Source of the DNA: an uncultured bacterium
Lineage (GTDB): Bacteria > Bacteroidota > Bacteroidia > Chitinophagales > CAIODY01
Assembly (NCBI GenBank): GCA_903857255.1
Contig: CAIODY010000086.1
Span: 7,312 to 71,311 of the forward strand
DNA length: 64,000 nucleotides
Direction: 5' to 3'
Under the pieces are notes generated by a model. That model ran no database searches. It was not told the origin of the DNA and saw only the letters and a program-made list of their open reading frames with translations. Position 1 is the stretch's first letter. Each line of letters begins with the position of its first letter. The position numbers and the translations under genes are program-made. This document shows positions 7,079 through 17,661 of this stretch, piece by piece.

Positions 7079-8878
7079 TTATTTCCTTAAAATCAATTTT
7101 TCGATTTTTATTGCCGTTATCGAATAATCAACTAGTCCGTTGCTCCAAAAATAGATGTTGGTTTGATATTTTTCGGGTAAGGATGAATTGATTTTAAAAT
7201 CGAAGTGCCAACAAAACGATGGTGATGAAGTACTTTGCCCATTATTGGATGGAATAATTTGAATGGGCAATTCAGCCGATTGCCATAAAAAGGTAGTTTC
7301 ACCTTGGTTCAAGGCTAAAACAATGGCTGTTTCATTTCCTTTGAGCTGATTTCTTTCTTTATAATAGCCGCAACCTGATATTCTTATCCAATCATCGGTT
7401 CGAAGGCTCGGAAATGGTATAGTTGGCGACAATACATTTAAAAACTGGCGTTTGTTTTCGCTCACAACTGCACTATCTGTGGCTGTAAATTGCTTTTCGT
7501 ATAACATTATTTTTTTGGCAATATTGGTTGGTTTCAGAACATGTGCATCGGTTAATAGAGTGTAGTTATCCGTCACATCTTTATATACTGATGCTGATAA
7601 AAATTGACCATCGGGAATAAATTTGTCGTTATAGCCTAAGTGAATGAGCAACCATGTTTGCAGTAAGTTGATGAAAATAAAGCTAATTATTATTGTTTTG
7701 AACAAAAAGAGGAACCATTTTTTGGTTTTCAATTCATTTAATGCGGCAGCTAAAAACAAAGCAAGCACAGGTGTTATTTCTACGGCGGCTCGGGTTGGTA
7801 TTCCGCCGCCGGCATAGGTCCAATCGTGCCACGAGAATATTACAAATATCCAAAGCACTAAAAAAACGTAAAATAACAATGCCGCTTTTTTAAATTTTAT
7901 AAACAAAAAACCCCCACTCAAGGCTGCTAATGCCGATAAGGGTGAATGGGTGAACCAACCTTGCTTTTTATCGAATAAGCCTAACCCAATCATGGCATGG
8001 GTAAAATTAAATTGTTCTCCATTGGCTTCATAAAGATTCATGAACCAATGATGGCAAGTGATTTTCCAATATAATAATTGTAAAAAAAACAACAAAAAGG
8101 CAATGATGCTGCCATATACGGCGACTTTATAATAAGGTTTTGAAAAAAATTGGGGTATTTTTTTCCATAACAATAATATTGCTGGCAATATTATCATCAA
8201 ATTGGTGCCGCGGCATAATATTGCCAATGCTAATGCACTAATAGCCCAAAAAATATACCTTGGATAAGGGCTGTTTTGCAATTTAATTATTGCCCATAAG
8301 AATAAAGCTACGCAACAAAACCCGTAATTGTGCGAAAAATGATTAAATCCTATGCCATAAGCTAATAACATAGTGCCGAGAGCAATGGCCACCACCGCAA
8401 ATTTTGATATTTGCGCTGAAAAAAACTCTTTTACAAACAACCATGAAAAATAATTGCCAATAAGAAAATAAAATATGCCCGATAAATAGCAAAGCAACTG
8501 AAAAGGCAATGAAAATCCATCAGCGTCATAGCCAAAAACGGTAGCAAATAGATAAGCTACCATAAAAAATGGTAATTGCATCAAAGCAACGCCTATGGTA
8601 TATTTATTTGTAACAATGGTACCGTTGTGTAATAGCACTTCGCCGCCAAAAGCTATATTAGGATAAGGTGCTAATGCCTTATTAAGCCAATGCAAATAAT
8701 TAAAATCGTGATAAATAAAAGTGGCTGGCAAAAAATGATAATAACCCGAAGCATCCCAGTTGATAAAATTGCAAGTGTTAATCCAATGCCAAGGTGCAAA
8801 AAGGAAAATAAGTAAAACAATGCCAAATGATTTTAATAAATTATATATTGTGCGTATAAAATAGCTGTTCATTTTCAT
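7079..8878 (-). CDS. large polytopic membrane protein, possibly a GT-C-type (ArnT/PMT-like) glycosyltransferase
   Basis: The ORF track gives 603 aa from a TTG, and I prefer the ATG at 8878 (MKMNSYF). It has more than 10 hydrophobic helices followed by a soluble tail of about 170 aa. The family assignment is by architecture only. Confidence 0.45.
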   Translation of the reverse strand: MKMNSYFIRTIYNLLKSFGIVLLIFLFAPWHWINTCNFINWDASGYYHFLPATFIYHDFNYLHWLNKALAPYPNIAFGGEVLLHNGTIVTNKYTIGVALMQLPFFMVAYLFATVFGYDADGFSLPFQLLCYLSGIFYFLIGNYFSWLFVKEFFSAQISKFAVVAIALGTMLLAYGIGFNHFSHNYGFCCVALFLWAIIKLQNSPYPRYIFWAISALALAILCRGTNLMIILPAILLLWKKIPQFFSKPYYKVAVYGSIIAFLLFFLQLLYWKITCHHWFMNLYEANGEQFNFTHAMIGLGLFDKKQGWFTHSPLSALAALSGGFLFIKFKKAALLFYVFLVLWIFVIFSWHDWTYAGGGIPTRAAVEITPVLALFLAAALNELKTKKWFLFLFKTIIISFIFINLLQTWLLIHLGYNDKFIPDGQFLSASVYKDVTDNYTLLTDAHVLKPTNIAKKIMLYEKQFTATDSAVVSENKRQFLNVLSPTIPFPSLRTDDWIRISGCGYYKERNQLKGNETAIVLALNQGETTFLWQSAELPIQIIPSNNGQSTSSPSFCWHFDFKINSSLPEKYQTNIYFWSNGLVDYSITAIKIEKLILRK

Positions 8879-9141
8879 AAAATTGACCAATTTAATGATA
8901 GTAAAAACCTACTTAATAATATTCTTATTTTTTCAAAATAGTCATTCAAAAGCCAATCATTCGTCATTAGTAAACTACAAGTGAAAAAAGTAAAATTGAA
9001 TGACCGACCGTAAAAATATCCAAGCCGAAATATGTCGAATGCCAATGTAGGAGTCTATTTCATCCGCAACACCAAAACAGAGTAGGTGGTGAAGTTTGTG
9101 AAAGAGTAAACAATAATTAGTTAAAGTGTCTACAAGAAATT

Positions 9142-9176
9142 AAAAAGGCTGTATGAATTTTTCAGCAAGCCTTTTT
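9142..9176 (-). terminator. weak candidate intrinsic terminator downstream of the paaN-like gene
   Basis: AAAAAGGCT (9142-9150) and AGCCTTTTT (9168-9176) form a 9-bp stem around a 17-nt loop. On the minus strand the stem is followed by a T-rich tract. Few of the base pairs are GC. Confidence 0.3.
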
Positions 9177-9195
9177 TGTATTTTCTAAAAACCTC

Positions 9196-10836
9196 TTACG
9201 CCATTGCCCTATGCCCAACCCACACAAATCTTCTGTTTACAAAATCAGCATTGGTAAAAGTGGCGTTGCCAGCAGGATTGCCGCCTGTAACATGAAAATC
9301 ACTAAAACCTGCATGTTGATTCACCCATATAAATCCTGTTAAATTCATGCTTACAGGAGCGAACACCTGACTCATTTCATCTTCAATTTTTGCCGCCATA
9401 TTTTCATCAGTTGTGTAAGCAGCGCAAGTGATAGCACCATGATTGGCGCACATTTCTTTTGCTAATGAAATAGATTGGTCGGTATTTTTTGTTTTTATTA
9501 AAATTACAATTGGTCCGAATAATTCTTGTTCGTAAACGCTTTTGTCTGCTGCATCGCAAACAATGATGGAAGGCGAACAAGTTCTTGCTTCAGGAAATTC
9601 ATCGTTGGAAACCTTGATGGAAGCCAGTTCTACCTTGCCACCAACTTTTGAAATATTCAAAACTCTGTTTAATGTTACTTCATTTTGAATGGCACCCAAA
9701 GTTCCAGCAGCCATTTTAGGATTAGTAGAAATGGCTTGCACAGCGGCTTTAAACTTTTCAACGGCTTCTTCAAACGTGATTTCTACATCACCATTTTTTA
9801 TTTTTTCGGCGATGAAAAAGTTTTGTGGTGCTGTACACATTTGCCCTGAATATAACGAAACGCTGAATGCTAAATTTGAAAACACGTCTTCCAGATTTTT
9901 TGCCGAATCGATGATAACGCTGTTCACACCTGCTTTTTCGGTGAATACAGTTTTATCTTTCAATGATTCCACATAATTACCAAATGCCGAACCACCAGTG
10001 TAGTCAATCAATTTTACAGATGGATTTTCGCATAATTCTTTAGTGATTAAATGCGATGAAACATCAGCAGCTAATTGCACCGTGTTTACATCCACGCCAG
10101 CATTTTGAAAAGCTTTTTGCATTTCTGCAATCGCAATGGCAATCGGCAAAATTGCCTTTGGATGCGGCTTCACAATAGTTGCATTGCCTGTGATTAAATC
10201 AGCAAACAAACCCGGTAAAGTATTCCAAACAGGAAATGTGGAGCAACCAATCACCAAACCAATTCCTTTCGGAACAGCAACAAATTTTTTGTTCAACGTG
10301 ATGTTGAATTTGCCCATCGGTTTTTCCCAAGTAACATTTTTTGGGTAAGATGAAATGGCTGCAAAGCCTTGTGCAATGGCTTCTAACGCTCTATCATTCG
10401 CATGAGGTCCACTTGCTTGAAATGACATCATGAATGATTGACCAGTGGTGTGTTGTGTTGCCAAAGCAATGTCGAAAAACCTTGCTTTTATATTTTCTAA
10501 AGCATCAATTAAAATATCAGCACGTTGTTCAACAGAAATTTTTCTCCAAGCATTTTGCGCCGCAGATGCTTTGCCAATCAATGTTTCTACACCATACAAT
10601 GGATATTGAATGCCTAATTCTTTTTGTGTGTAAGGTGAAACTTCTTCGCCACCCCAAGCGTTTTCGCCACTTTGCAGCAATTCAGAAAATTTATTGCCTA
10701 CAATATTTTTGTAAAAATCTTGCGCTTTTGCCATGCCTTCATCGCCATACGCTTTGGGATGTTCAGGATATTGCGCAAAGAATTTTCTTTCGTTATTCGC
10801 TTGAATTGCTCTTTCAATAATTGCTTGATGTTTCAT
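9196..10836 (-). CDS. paaN: aldehyde dehydrogenase family protein, PaaN-like (phenylacetate degradation ring-opening/aldehyde dehydrogenase type)
   Basis: About 546 aa from the ATG at 10836 (MKHQAIIERAI). It has aldehyde dehydrogenase-fold length and motifs such as FTEKAGVNS and SGQMCTA (catalytic Cys region). The N-terminal FFAQYPEHPKAYG is as I remember for PaaN-type proteins. Confidence 0.6.
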   Translation of the reverse strand: MKHQAIIERAIQANNERKFFAQYPEHPKAYGDEGMAKAQDFYKNIVGNKFSELLQSGENAWGGEEVSPYTQKELGIQYPLYGVETLIGKASAAQNAWRKISVEQRADILIDALENIKARFFDIALATQHTTGQSFMMSFQASGPHANDRALEAIAQGFAAISSYPKNVTWEKPMGKFNITLNKKFVAVPKGIGLVIGCSTFPVWNTLPGLFADLITGNATIVKPHPKAILPIAIAIAEMQKAFQNAGVDVNTVQLAADVSSHLITKELCENPSVKLIDYTGGSAFGNYVESLKDKTVFTEKAGVNSVIIDSAKNLEDVFSNLAFSVSLYSGQMCTAPQNFFIAEKIKNGDVEITFEEAVEKFKAAVQAISTNPKMAAGTLGAIQNEVTLNRVLNISKVGGKVELASIKVSNDEFPEARTCSPSIIVCDAADKSVYEQELFGPIVILIKTKNTDQSISLAKEMCANHGAITCAAYTTDENMAAKIEDEMSQVFAPVSMNLTGFIWVNQHAGFSDFHVTGGNPAGNATFTNADFVNRRFVWVGHRAMA

Positions 10837-10854
10837 TGATAAAATTTTGAGGTG

Positions 10855-10862
10855 CAAATATA
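10855..10862 (-). promoter_or_regulatory. -7 box (TATATTTG on the minus strand) upstream of the paaN-like gene
   Basis: The plus strand reads CAAATATA, the reverse complement of TAnnTTTG. It lies 18 nt upstream of the ATG at 10836. Confidence 0.4.
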
Positions 10863-10904
10863 AATGGAAGAGTTTGTAAAGTTTGAAAAGAAATCATCAA
10901 CTCA

Positions 10905-11783
10905 TTAATCTTCCAACACACCAAATTTCCCACGATTAAAATCATTTACTGCTTGCACCAATTCTTCTTGTGTGTTCATCACAAACGGACCATAAGATGC
11001 AACAGGTTCGTCAATCGGTTCACCGCTCAATAGCAGTATTATAGCATCTTCTAAAGGTTCAATCGTAATTTCTTCACCATCATTTTTAAACAAAATAAAA
11101 TGGTCAACATCAGCTTCTTGCGATGAATTTACTTTCACTTTTCCTTCTATCACAACAAATCCTGTGTTGTAATTAGCAGGAAAATTTACAGTCAGTTTTG
11201 CTCCTTTTTTTAGCCGAGCATTATACATTTCCAATGGTGTAAATGTGCTTGCAGCACCTTTTATACCTTTCAATTCACCAGCAATCACTTCTACATATCC
11301 GCCGTCATTTGGCAACAAATATTTGCCCATTTTCGAGTTGGAAATTTCCTGATATTTCGGTGGACTCATTTTATATTTTGCAGGCAAATTCACCCACAGT
11401 TGCACCATTTGAAACATACCGCCTTTTTTTGCAAACTCTTTTTCGTGGTATTCTTTATGCAAAACACCCGATGCTGCTGTCATCCATTGCACATCGCCTT
11501 CGCTGATAATACCGCTGTTGCCAGCACTATCGTGATGCGCCACCTTGCCATGATAAGCAATGGTAACGGTTTCAAAGCCTCGATGCGGATGCACGCCAAC
11601 ACCACGGGGCGTATCGGTTGGTGGAAATTCAACTTTTGAATTATAATCTAACATGAAAAACGGGCTCATCCTTTTGTTGCCCATGTTATAACCACTTGGA
11701 AAAAAATTGTGCACTCTGAAACCATCGCCCACCATGTGTGCAGCAGGTGGTGGCAAAATTTGTTGAACTGATTTTGTTGTCAT
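10905..11783 (-). CDS. pirin family protein
   Basis: 292 aa. Contains HPHRGFETVTIAYHGKVAHHDSAGN, the cupin metal-binding motif typical of pirins. Confidence 0.88.
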   Translation of the reverse strand: MTTKSVQQILPPPAAHMVGDGFRVHNFFPSGYNMGNKRMSPFFMLDYNSKVEFPPTDTPRGVGVHPHRGFETVTIAYHGKVAHHDSAGNSGIISEGDVQWMTAASGVLHKEYHEKEFAKKGGMFQMVQLWVNLPAKYKMSPPKYQEISNSKMGKYLLPNDGGYVEVIAGELKGIKGAASTFTPLEMYNARLKKGAKLTVNFPANYNTGFVVIEGKVKVNSSQEADVDHFILFKNDGEEITIEPLEDAIILLLSGEPIDEPVASYGPFVMNTQEELVQAVNDFNRGKFGVLED

Positions 11784-11821
11784 GTTGAAATTATTTTATC
11801 GCTATTAAAACAATGAAAGTT

Positions 11822-11849
11822 AAAAATAGTTGTATAGACAACTATTTTT
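11822..11849 (-). terminator. intrinsic terminator-like hairpin after the LTA-synthase-family gene
   Basis: Perfect 12-bp stem formed by AAAAATAGTTGT and ACAACTATTTTT around the loop ATAG. It lies 8 nt downstream of the stop at 11857, and the T-run is part of or follows the stem. Confidence 0.55.
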
Positions 11850-11856
11850 TGTAAAA

Positions 11857-13731
11857 CTAAAAACTTAAATACTCATTCATCAAAGTTTGCAAATAAGCTT
11901 TTGCTTTTTTTGCATTCTCATTTTGCTGATTCCCTTTGCCAATAATTTGGTTCAAAGGCTTTTCCCATCTGCCTTCTGATGAATCTGTTATAAATCCACC
12001 GCCTTCGGTAAAACTATAATAAGCAAAATCTTTTGTGTAAGGATTGAATAAATTTTTACTCCAGTGAAATGGATAGTTAATATTGCGGATGCTGGTTTGA
12101 TGCAAAATTGTTTGAACAATATCGTTCTGCGAACAGGTTTTTGTTATCACTTTTCCTTTCCATTTATCACTAATTGCACCACCACAAAACAACAATGGAA
12201 TATGACAATGTTTTGCCGCATGTTCATCATTTATATTCAATGGCGAATCATGGCTATGGTCTGAAACCAGCACAAACAGTGTGTTTTTATACCAATTTGT
12301 TTTTTTAGCAGCAGCAAAAAAATCAGCCAAACATTTATCTGAATAATGAATCGAATTTAAATACGGTTTTAAATAATCGCCTTCTTTTATTACTTCAGGC
12401 ATGGGTGCATCAAATGGCGAATGAGTGCTCACGGTGAATAAGGAAGTAAAAAATGGTGTTGGAAAATGATTAATATTTTGTAACCAAGTTTGCAACATCA
12501 ATGAATCGTGAATGCCTAATTTGCCTGATGGAAAATCTGGAAAGTCTTTCTGTTCCTTTATTTCATCAAATCCGAAATAATACAAGTAGCTTTTGATGTT
12601 GCCATAAATTAATTGTCCACCAAAATAAAATGAAGTGTAATAACCATTTTCTTTCAATGGTTGAGTAATGCAATGCAGCTTCGGATATTTTTCTGGATTG
12701 GCAATGATGGAAGTAATTGGTTGTGCAGGATATGCACTCAACACGGCTGGAATGCCTTGGTCACTCAATGTTCCAGAAGCATAACAATTTTTAAAAACAA
12801 TCCCTTCCTTACACAATTCATCAAAGTGTGGCGCAATATTTTTCATGCCTCCAAATGATTCAATCACATCTGCACTCCAACTTTCTAAAATTATGATAAC
12901 GATATTTGGGTGCATCAATTTATTATCTCTCAAAACAAAAATTGTAGTATCATGACAGCCAGTAAAGAATAAATCGTCAACATTTTTTTTGGCTTCCATA
13001 TCGCTGAATTGCTTGTAAGGATTGCCTTCTAAAATTTTTTTATTTTCGATGTAGCTGTGAATTAAAGCCCAGCTTGGGTTTACAGCTACTTCGTTGAAGA
13101 AATTATTTTTAGAAAAATAAACTTCACTTTCGTTGATTGGCACTGGTTGCAATCCGCCACGAATGCCAACTATTAATAAAAATGCGCCAATTAGTAAAAT
13201 GAAAATGGATGAAATACTTTTCTGTAAAATTGAAAATTCAATTTTAAAAACCCATTTGCCAATTATTTTTTTTATAAAGTAGAATTCGAAAAAAGTAAAA
13301 AACAAAACCATTAAAGTGCCTTGAAGCCAATATTTCAAACCTGCCGAACGAATTACTTCAGTTGGGTGTTGCAAATGGCTGAATAATTTAAAATTTATTT
13401 TTACCGCCATTTCGCGATAAACTACCACATCGATTGCCGATAAAAAATTGACTAAAAACAATTCGAAAAAAATCAACCAAAAAATAATTTTCGCAATTTT
13501 TTCGAATTGAAAAAACTGTGCTATTAATCCAATTAAAAAAGGCAAAGTAGTTAAATAGCAAGCTGTTGAAAAGTCCAACGGTAAGGGCTTGTAAAGCAAT
13601 TGCAAAACATTTGCAAAAGTAAATTGCTGCAAATGCACTGAATTGAAAATCAAAAATAAAAAACGATTGATGGCAAACACCAACAAAATGCTGATGAAGA
13701 ATTGAATGATTTTATTGATAAAATATTTCAT
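11857..13731 (-). CDS. LTA synthase family protein / sulfatase-type phosphoglycerol (or phosphoethanolamine) transferase with an N-terminal membrane domain
   Basis: About 624 aa from the ATG at 13731 (MKYFINKIIQFF). It has 5 or more TM helices followed by an alkaline-phosphatase-superfamily domain (IILESWSAD, LVSDHSH). Confidence 0.7.
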   Translation of the reverse strand: MKYFINKIIQFFISILLVFAINRFLFLIFNSVHLQQFTFANVLQLLYKPLPLDFSTACYLTTLPFLIGLIAQFFQFEKIAKIIFWLIFFELFLVNFLSAIDVVVYREMAVKINFKLFSHLQHPTEVIRSAGLKYWLQGTLMVLFFTFFEFYFIKKIIGKWVFKIEFSILQKSISSIFILLIGAFLLIVGIRGGLQPVPINESEVYFSKNNFFNEVAVNPSWALIHSYIENKKILEGNPYKQFSDMEAKKNVDDLFFTGCHDTTIFVLRDNKLMHPNIVIIILESWSADVIESFGGMKNIAPHFDELCKEGIVFKNCYASGTLSDQGIPAVLSAYPAQPITSIIANPEKYPKLHCITQPLKENGYYTSFYFGGQLIYGNIKSYLYYFGFDEIKEQKDFPDFPSGKLGIHDSLMLQTWLQNINHFPTPFFTSLFTVSTHSPFDAPMPEVIKEGDYLKPYLNSIHYSDKCLADFFAAAKKTNWYKNTLFVLVSDHSHDSPLNINDEHAAKHCHIPLLFCGGAISDKWKGKVITKTCSQNDIVQTILHQTSIRNINYPFHWSKNLFNPYTKDFAYYSFTEGGGFITDSSEGRWEKPLNQIIGKGNQQNENAKKAKAYLQTLMNEYLSF

Positions 13732-13737
13732 TGTCAG

Positions 13738-13745
13738 CAAAGGTA
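13738..13745 (-). promoter_or_regulatory. -7 box (TACCTTTG on the minus strand) immediately upstream of the LTA-synthase-family gene
   Basis: The plus strand reads CAAAGGTA, 6 nt from the ATG at 13731. This supports the shorter start. Confidence 0.4.
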
Positions 13746-13920
13746 AATCAATTAAGTTGTTGAAGATTGCAATGATAATATATTGGTTGAGTATTGGGCA
13801 AAATAATATTAAAGTATGATTAAATGCGATAGGCATTTTGTCGCTCTCCACACCACATCGTTAAAAAAAATCAAAAAAAGAAATTTCAATTTTCTTTTCA
13901 ATGACTTAGTTTTGTTCACC

Positions 13921-15255
13921 ATGAAAATTATTTTTTCAGCTAAAAATTATTTGCTCGTTTTATTGTGCAGCCTACTGTTGCTTTCAAATGCAGCGCAGGC
14001 GCAAGTTTGGATAAAATCAAAAGGCAAGCCTGTGGTAAAGAAAAAAGATGATTGGGATTATTCACCATCAAAAACCCAACCCAAAAAAGAGGAAGATGAT
14101 TCGCATGTAACACCTGTGGGTACAGTGCAGCTCACCGCTTCGTTCATCATGAACAAACGTGAAATGTGCCCGACCGATTCAGTAAAACTAACTTACCGAG
14201 GCAATGCCCGAAGCTACCCTGACGCTTATTACAATTGGCAATTTCCGGATAGTTCAACTTTCAGTGAAGGCTCAGTAGGCGTGATGTATTTGAAAATAAA
14301 AAAACCAGGGGTATATCGCATCAGCATCAAATTAACGGGCGATGAATCGAAATACAGAGCATCAAAAATTTATACCGATTCTATTGAAGTATTGGCACCA
14401 CCCAACTCATTTTTTGAAATTAATAAAAAACAGGTTTGCCGTGGCGAACCGATTGAAGTGGATTATGCTGGCGATAAAAAAAATTTAGAAACCTATACCA
14501 ATTTTGCTTGGACATTTGATGGCGGATTTCCATTCACCGAAAAAAATAGTACACATCAAAAAGTGTTTTGGGATGTGCCATGCACTGGCAATGGCATCAT
14601 TATGAAAACAGTGAAATTATCAACAACTAATCAAAGTGGTTGCACTTCTTCATCGAGACAACGTGTGAGAATTATTTCGCCTACTGCACAAATTTCAATG
14701 AGTAACGAACATCCTTGTAATGGCGAAGTGTTGAACGTAAAAGCGGTTACTTGCTTGCACGATGCCGACACAAAATATATTTGGGATTTTGGTTCTGGCA
14801 TTGATGCTAATCCATCTATTCAGGGCGGCGAACAAAAAGTAGTGTATTACAATATTACTGATTATCCAACTTCGGACATGGTAAAATTGCAAGTGGTGCA
14901 AGAAGGTTGTTATTCTAACATCGACTCCGTTTTCTTAGATATTTATCCTTTGATTTTAGCTGATTTTACAGTGAATAAGGATACTTTAAATTCAGGCGGA
15001 ACAGTTACTTTCAACATCGGCGACGTGTTTTCGTGTGACGGTGGTGGAGAAGTTAAATACCAATGGAAATTTCCTGATGGCAATATTCTGAATTCAAAAA
15101 ACAACAAAGAAATTTCGGTACAATTCAACAACAATTATGGTTCACCAGCTATTGTTTATCCATCGCTCTATATAGTGCAAGATAAATGTAAAAGTCGTGC
15201 ATTTACGCTGCCCATCTATCTTTCTGATATGAGTACATCGCAAAGCGAAAAGTAA
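13921..15255 (+). CDS. secreted protein with about four PKD/Ig-like Cys-containing repeats
   Basis: About 444 aa from the ATG at 13921 (MKIIFSAKNYLLVLLCSLLLLSNAAQA, a signal peptide). It has recurrent C...Y.W.F pattern modules, for example YYNWQFPD, FAWTFDGG, YIWDFGSG and YQWKFPDG. Confidence 0.55.
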   Translation: MKIIFSAKNYLLVLLCSLLLLSNAAQAQVWIKSKGKPVVKKKDDWDYSPSKTQPKKEEDDSHVTPVGTVQLTASFIMNKREMCPTDSVKLTYRGNARSYPDAYYNWQFPDSSTFSEGSVGVMYLKIKKPGVYRISIKLTGDESKYRASKIYTDSIEVLAPPNSFFEINKKQVCRGEPIEVDYAGDKKNLETYTNFAWTFDGGFPFTEKNSTHQKVFWDVPCTGNGIIMKTVKLSTTNQSGCTSSSRQRVRIISPTAQISMSNEHPCNGEVLNVKAVTCLHDADTKYIWDFGSGIDANPSIQGGEQKVVYYNITDYPTSDMVKLQVVQEGCYSNIDSVFLDIYPLILADFTVNKDTLNSGGTVTFNIGDVFSCDGGGEVKYQWKFPDGNILNSKNNKEISVQFNNNYGSPAIVYPSLYIVQDKCKSRAFTLPIYLSDMSTSQSEK

Positions 15256-15258
15256 AAT

Positions 15259-16275
15259 TTAAATAATTATTTTTTGATTAATGGCTTTTACCAAAGTTGG
15301 ACCTTCATAAATAAATCCTGTGTAAACCTGCACTAAATCTGCGCCAGCGTTTAATTTTTCAATCGCATTATTCGCTGACATTACACCACCACTGGCAATA
15401 ATAGGTACTTTGTTTTGCAATTGCTGATGCAAATATTTCACTACTTCTGTTGAACGATTCTTTAATGGTGCGCCGCTCATGCCACCAGTTTCTTTCGCAT
15501 TTTCATGCGTTAAATTTTCCCTTGAAATGGTTGTGTTGGTTGCAATCAACCCATCTAATTGAGCTGTGATGGCTATTTCAATAATATCGTTTAATTGTTC
15601 GTTGGTTAAATCAGGCGCAATTTTTAGTAATAAAGGTTTGCGTTTTGCTTTGGTTGAATTCAATTTTTGCAATTGATTCATGATATTCATCAAAGGTTCT
15701 TTATCCTGCAAAGCCCTTAACCCTGGCGTATTTGGCGAACTTACATTCACTACAAAATAATCCACATAATCATACAAGCAATTAAAACATTTGATGTAAT
15801 CATCCACCGCATTTTCGTTGGGCGTAATTTTGTTTTTACCAATATTTCCGCCAACAATAATTTTAGATTTTCGGTTTTTCAATCGCTGTGCAATCATTTC
15901 CATTCCGTCATTATTAAAACCCATTCGATTGATGATGGCTTTGTCTTCGGGCAATCGAAATAGCCTTGGTTGCTCGTTTCCAGCTTGTGGCAATGGTGTA
16001 ACTGTTCCAATTTCAACAAACCCAAAACCTAAGTTTTCCCATTCATCAATTAGCAAAGCATTTTTATCTAAACCAGCTGCCAATCCAACAGGATTGGGAA
16101 ATTTTATCCCGAAAACTTCACGACTTAATTTTTCGTTTTCAATTTGATAAATGCTTCGCAAAATGGTTTTTGCAAACGGAATTTTGCCAATCATCTTCAT
16201 CCATGAAAATGTAATGTGATGTGCTTTTTCAGGTTCGAATGAGAATAATAATGGGCGAATGAAAAATTTGTACAT
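15259..16275 (-). CDS. pyrD: dihydroorotate dehydrogenase (quinone), class 2
   Basis: About 338 aa from the ATG at 16275 ([11 protein letters not shown]). Contains [35 protein letters not shown] and IIASGGV. Confidence 0.9.
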   Translation of the reverse strand: MYKFFIRPLLFSFEPEKAHHITFSWMKMIGKIPFAKTILRSIYQIENEKLSREVFGIKFPNPVGLAAGLDKNALLIDEWENLGFGFVEIGTVTPLPQAGNEQPRLFRLPEDKAIINRMGFNNDGMEMIAQRLKNRKSKIIVGGNIGKNKITPNENAVDDYIKCFNCLYDYVDYFVVNVSSPNTPGLRALQDKEPLMNIMNQLQKLNSTKAKRKPLLLKIAPDLTNEQLNDIIEIAITAQLDGLIATNTTISRENLTHENAKETGGMSGAPLKNRSTEVVKYLHQQLQNKVPIIASGGVMSANNAIEKLNAGADLVQVYTGFIYEGPTLVKAINQKIII

Positions 16276-16293
16276 GGTATTTTGCAAAGAAGA

Positions 16294-17205
16294 TTATTTG
16301 CCATCAATTATCACAGGCGAATTGTTTTTATTGCCCATGAAAATAATTTTGCTGTTGGGCGAACTGGCTAATTCTTTCATCGCTTTTATTTGTTCGTATT
16401 GCAATTGCTTATCCGTCAATCCTTCGCTGATGATGTGCTGATAATCGGCTATACCTTGTGCCTCTACTCGTTTTCGTTCGGCTTCTTGTTTTTCTTTTTG
16501 CAATACAAACTGCATTTTTTGCGCTTCTTGTTCTGCCTGAATTTTTTCTTCGATGGTTCCTTTTACACTGGCTGGCAATGCAATATTTCTAATCAATAAT
16601 TGCTCTAAAATCAACCCTCTGTTTTTGAAATTCTCATCAATGCTTTTCGAAATTTTATCCTGAAATTCTTCACGTTTGGAAGAATACAATGATACTGCAT
16701 CGTAAGAAACTGCATTGTCTCTAATTCGTGTTCGTGTAATTGGTCGAACGATTTTATCGGTATAATCTAACCCTACTTCTCTTAATAAATTTGGTGCTTC
16801 GGTTGGTACCACCCTGTATAGAATTGTTAAATCAATCACGACCTCCAAACCGTCTGCCGTCAACACTCTTATCGCATCATCACCAGTTTTATTGCCTTCA
16901 TCGCGGATAGCACTCATGGTGTAGTTTTGTGTTTTAATGTCCATTAATTTCACATCCATCAATGGATTTACGAAATTCATTCCACTGGTTAAAACATCGG
17001 GTTCAACTTTGCCAAACAAAGTTTTTACGCCAACTTGCCCCGAACCTACTTGTACAAAACAAGCAGTAAGTACGCCCAAAACCATGATTAAAACTCCTGC
17101 TAACCGAACAATGTTGGTAATGCGTAAAGTCTGTGGATTAGGACTCAAGCGGCTTGCAGCCAATGCGGCGATTAAAATAATTAAGCCAATAATAAAAAGT
17201 GCCAT
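16294..17205 (-). CDS. SPFH/band 7 (prohibitin-like) membrane protein
   Basis: 303 aa. It has an N-terminal TM segment, an SPFH core (VLTADGLEVVIDLTILYRV) and a C-terminal coiled coil rich in E, Q and K. Confidence 0.8.
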   Translation of the reverse strand: MALFIIGLIILIAALAASRLSPNPQTLRITNIVRLAGVLIMVLGVLTACFVQVGSGQVGVKTLFGKVEPDVLTSGMNFVNPLMDVKLMDIKTQNYTMSAIRDEGNKTGDDAIRVLTADGLEVVIDLTILYRVVPTEAPNLLREVGLDYTDKIVRPITRTRIRDNAVSYDAVSLYSSKREEFQDKISKSIDENFKNRGLILEQLLIRNIALPASVKGTIEEKIQAEQEAQKMQFVLQKEKQEAERKRVEAQGIADYQHIISEGLTDKQLQYEQIKAMKELASSPNSKIIFMGNKNNSPVIIDGK

Positions 17206-17219
17206 GATTTATTTTTTTG

Positions 17220-17227
17220 CAAAACTA
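17220..17227 (-). promoter_or_regulatory. -7 box (TAGTTTTG on the minus strand) upstream of the SPFH-pyrD unit
   Basis: The plus strand reads CAAAACTA, 14 nt upstream of the ATG at 17205. Confidence 0.4.
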
Positions 17228-17289
17228 TGCAACTGCAATTATGTTTTCATTTTATTATTATGAACCTAAAAACATTTTCGTTTAAAACC

Positions 17290-17297
17290 TATCTTTG
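17290..17297 (+). promoter_or_regulatory. -7 box TATCTTTG upstream of panD
   Basis: Exact TAnnTTTG match, 9 nt before the ATG at 17307. The ORF-track start at 17295 is the TTG inside this box. Confidence 0.5.
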
Positions 17298-17306
17298 CCA
17301 ACTACT

Positions 17307-17651
17307 ATGCAAATTGAAATTTTAAAATCAAAGATTCACCGAGCAACTGTAACAGATGCTAATTTGAATTATGTGGGCAGCATCACTATTGATGAAGCAT
17401 TGATGAATGCTGCCAATTTAATTGAACATGAAAAAGTGCAAGTGGTGAACAACAACAATGGTGAGCGTTTTGAAACTTATGTTATCAAAGGCGAACGCAA
17501 CAGCGGCGTAATTTGTTTGAATGGCGCAGCCGCCAGAAAAGTGCAACCCAACGATATTGTCATCATTGCAAGCTATGCTACAATGGACTTTGAGGCTGCA
17601 AAAACATTTAAGCCTTCGGTAATTTTCCCCGATTCGAAAAACAAAATTTAG
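17307..17651 (+). CDS. panD: aspartate 1-decarboxylase
   Basis: 114 aa. Begins [30 protein letters not shown], which includes the G-S self-cleavage site. Confidence 0.92.
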   Translation: MQIEILKSKIHRATVTDANLNYVGSITIDEALMNAANLIEHEKVQVVNNNNGERFETYVIKGERNSGVICLNGAAARKVQPNDIVIIASYATMDFEAAKTFKPSVIFPDSKNKI

Positions 17652-17661
17652 TTTTCATTTT

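Noticed and set aside
13816-13920. 5' extensions of ORF-track models: 13816 for the PKD-repeat gene, 13851 for the LTA-synthase gene, and 18578, 58496, 61956, 17295 and 46947
   Set aside because: The extensions overlap the divergent neighbour or a promoter box, lack signal-peptide or family-consistent sequence, and an internal ATG gives the homologous N-terminus. I used the shorter starts.
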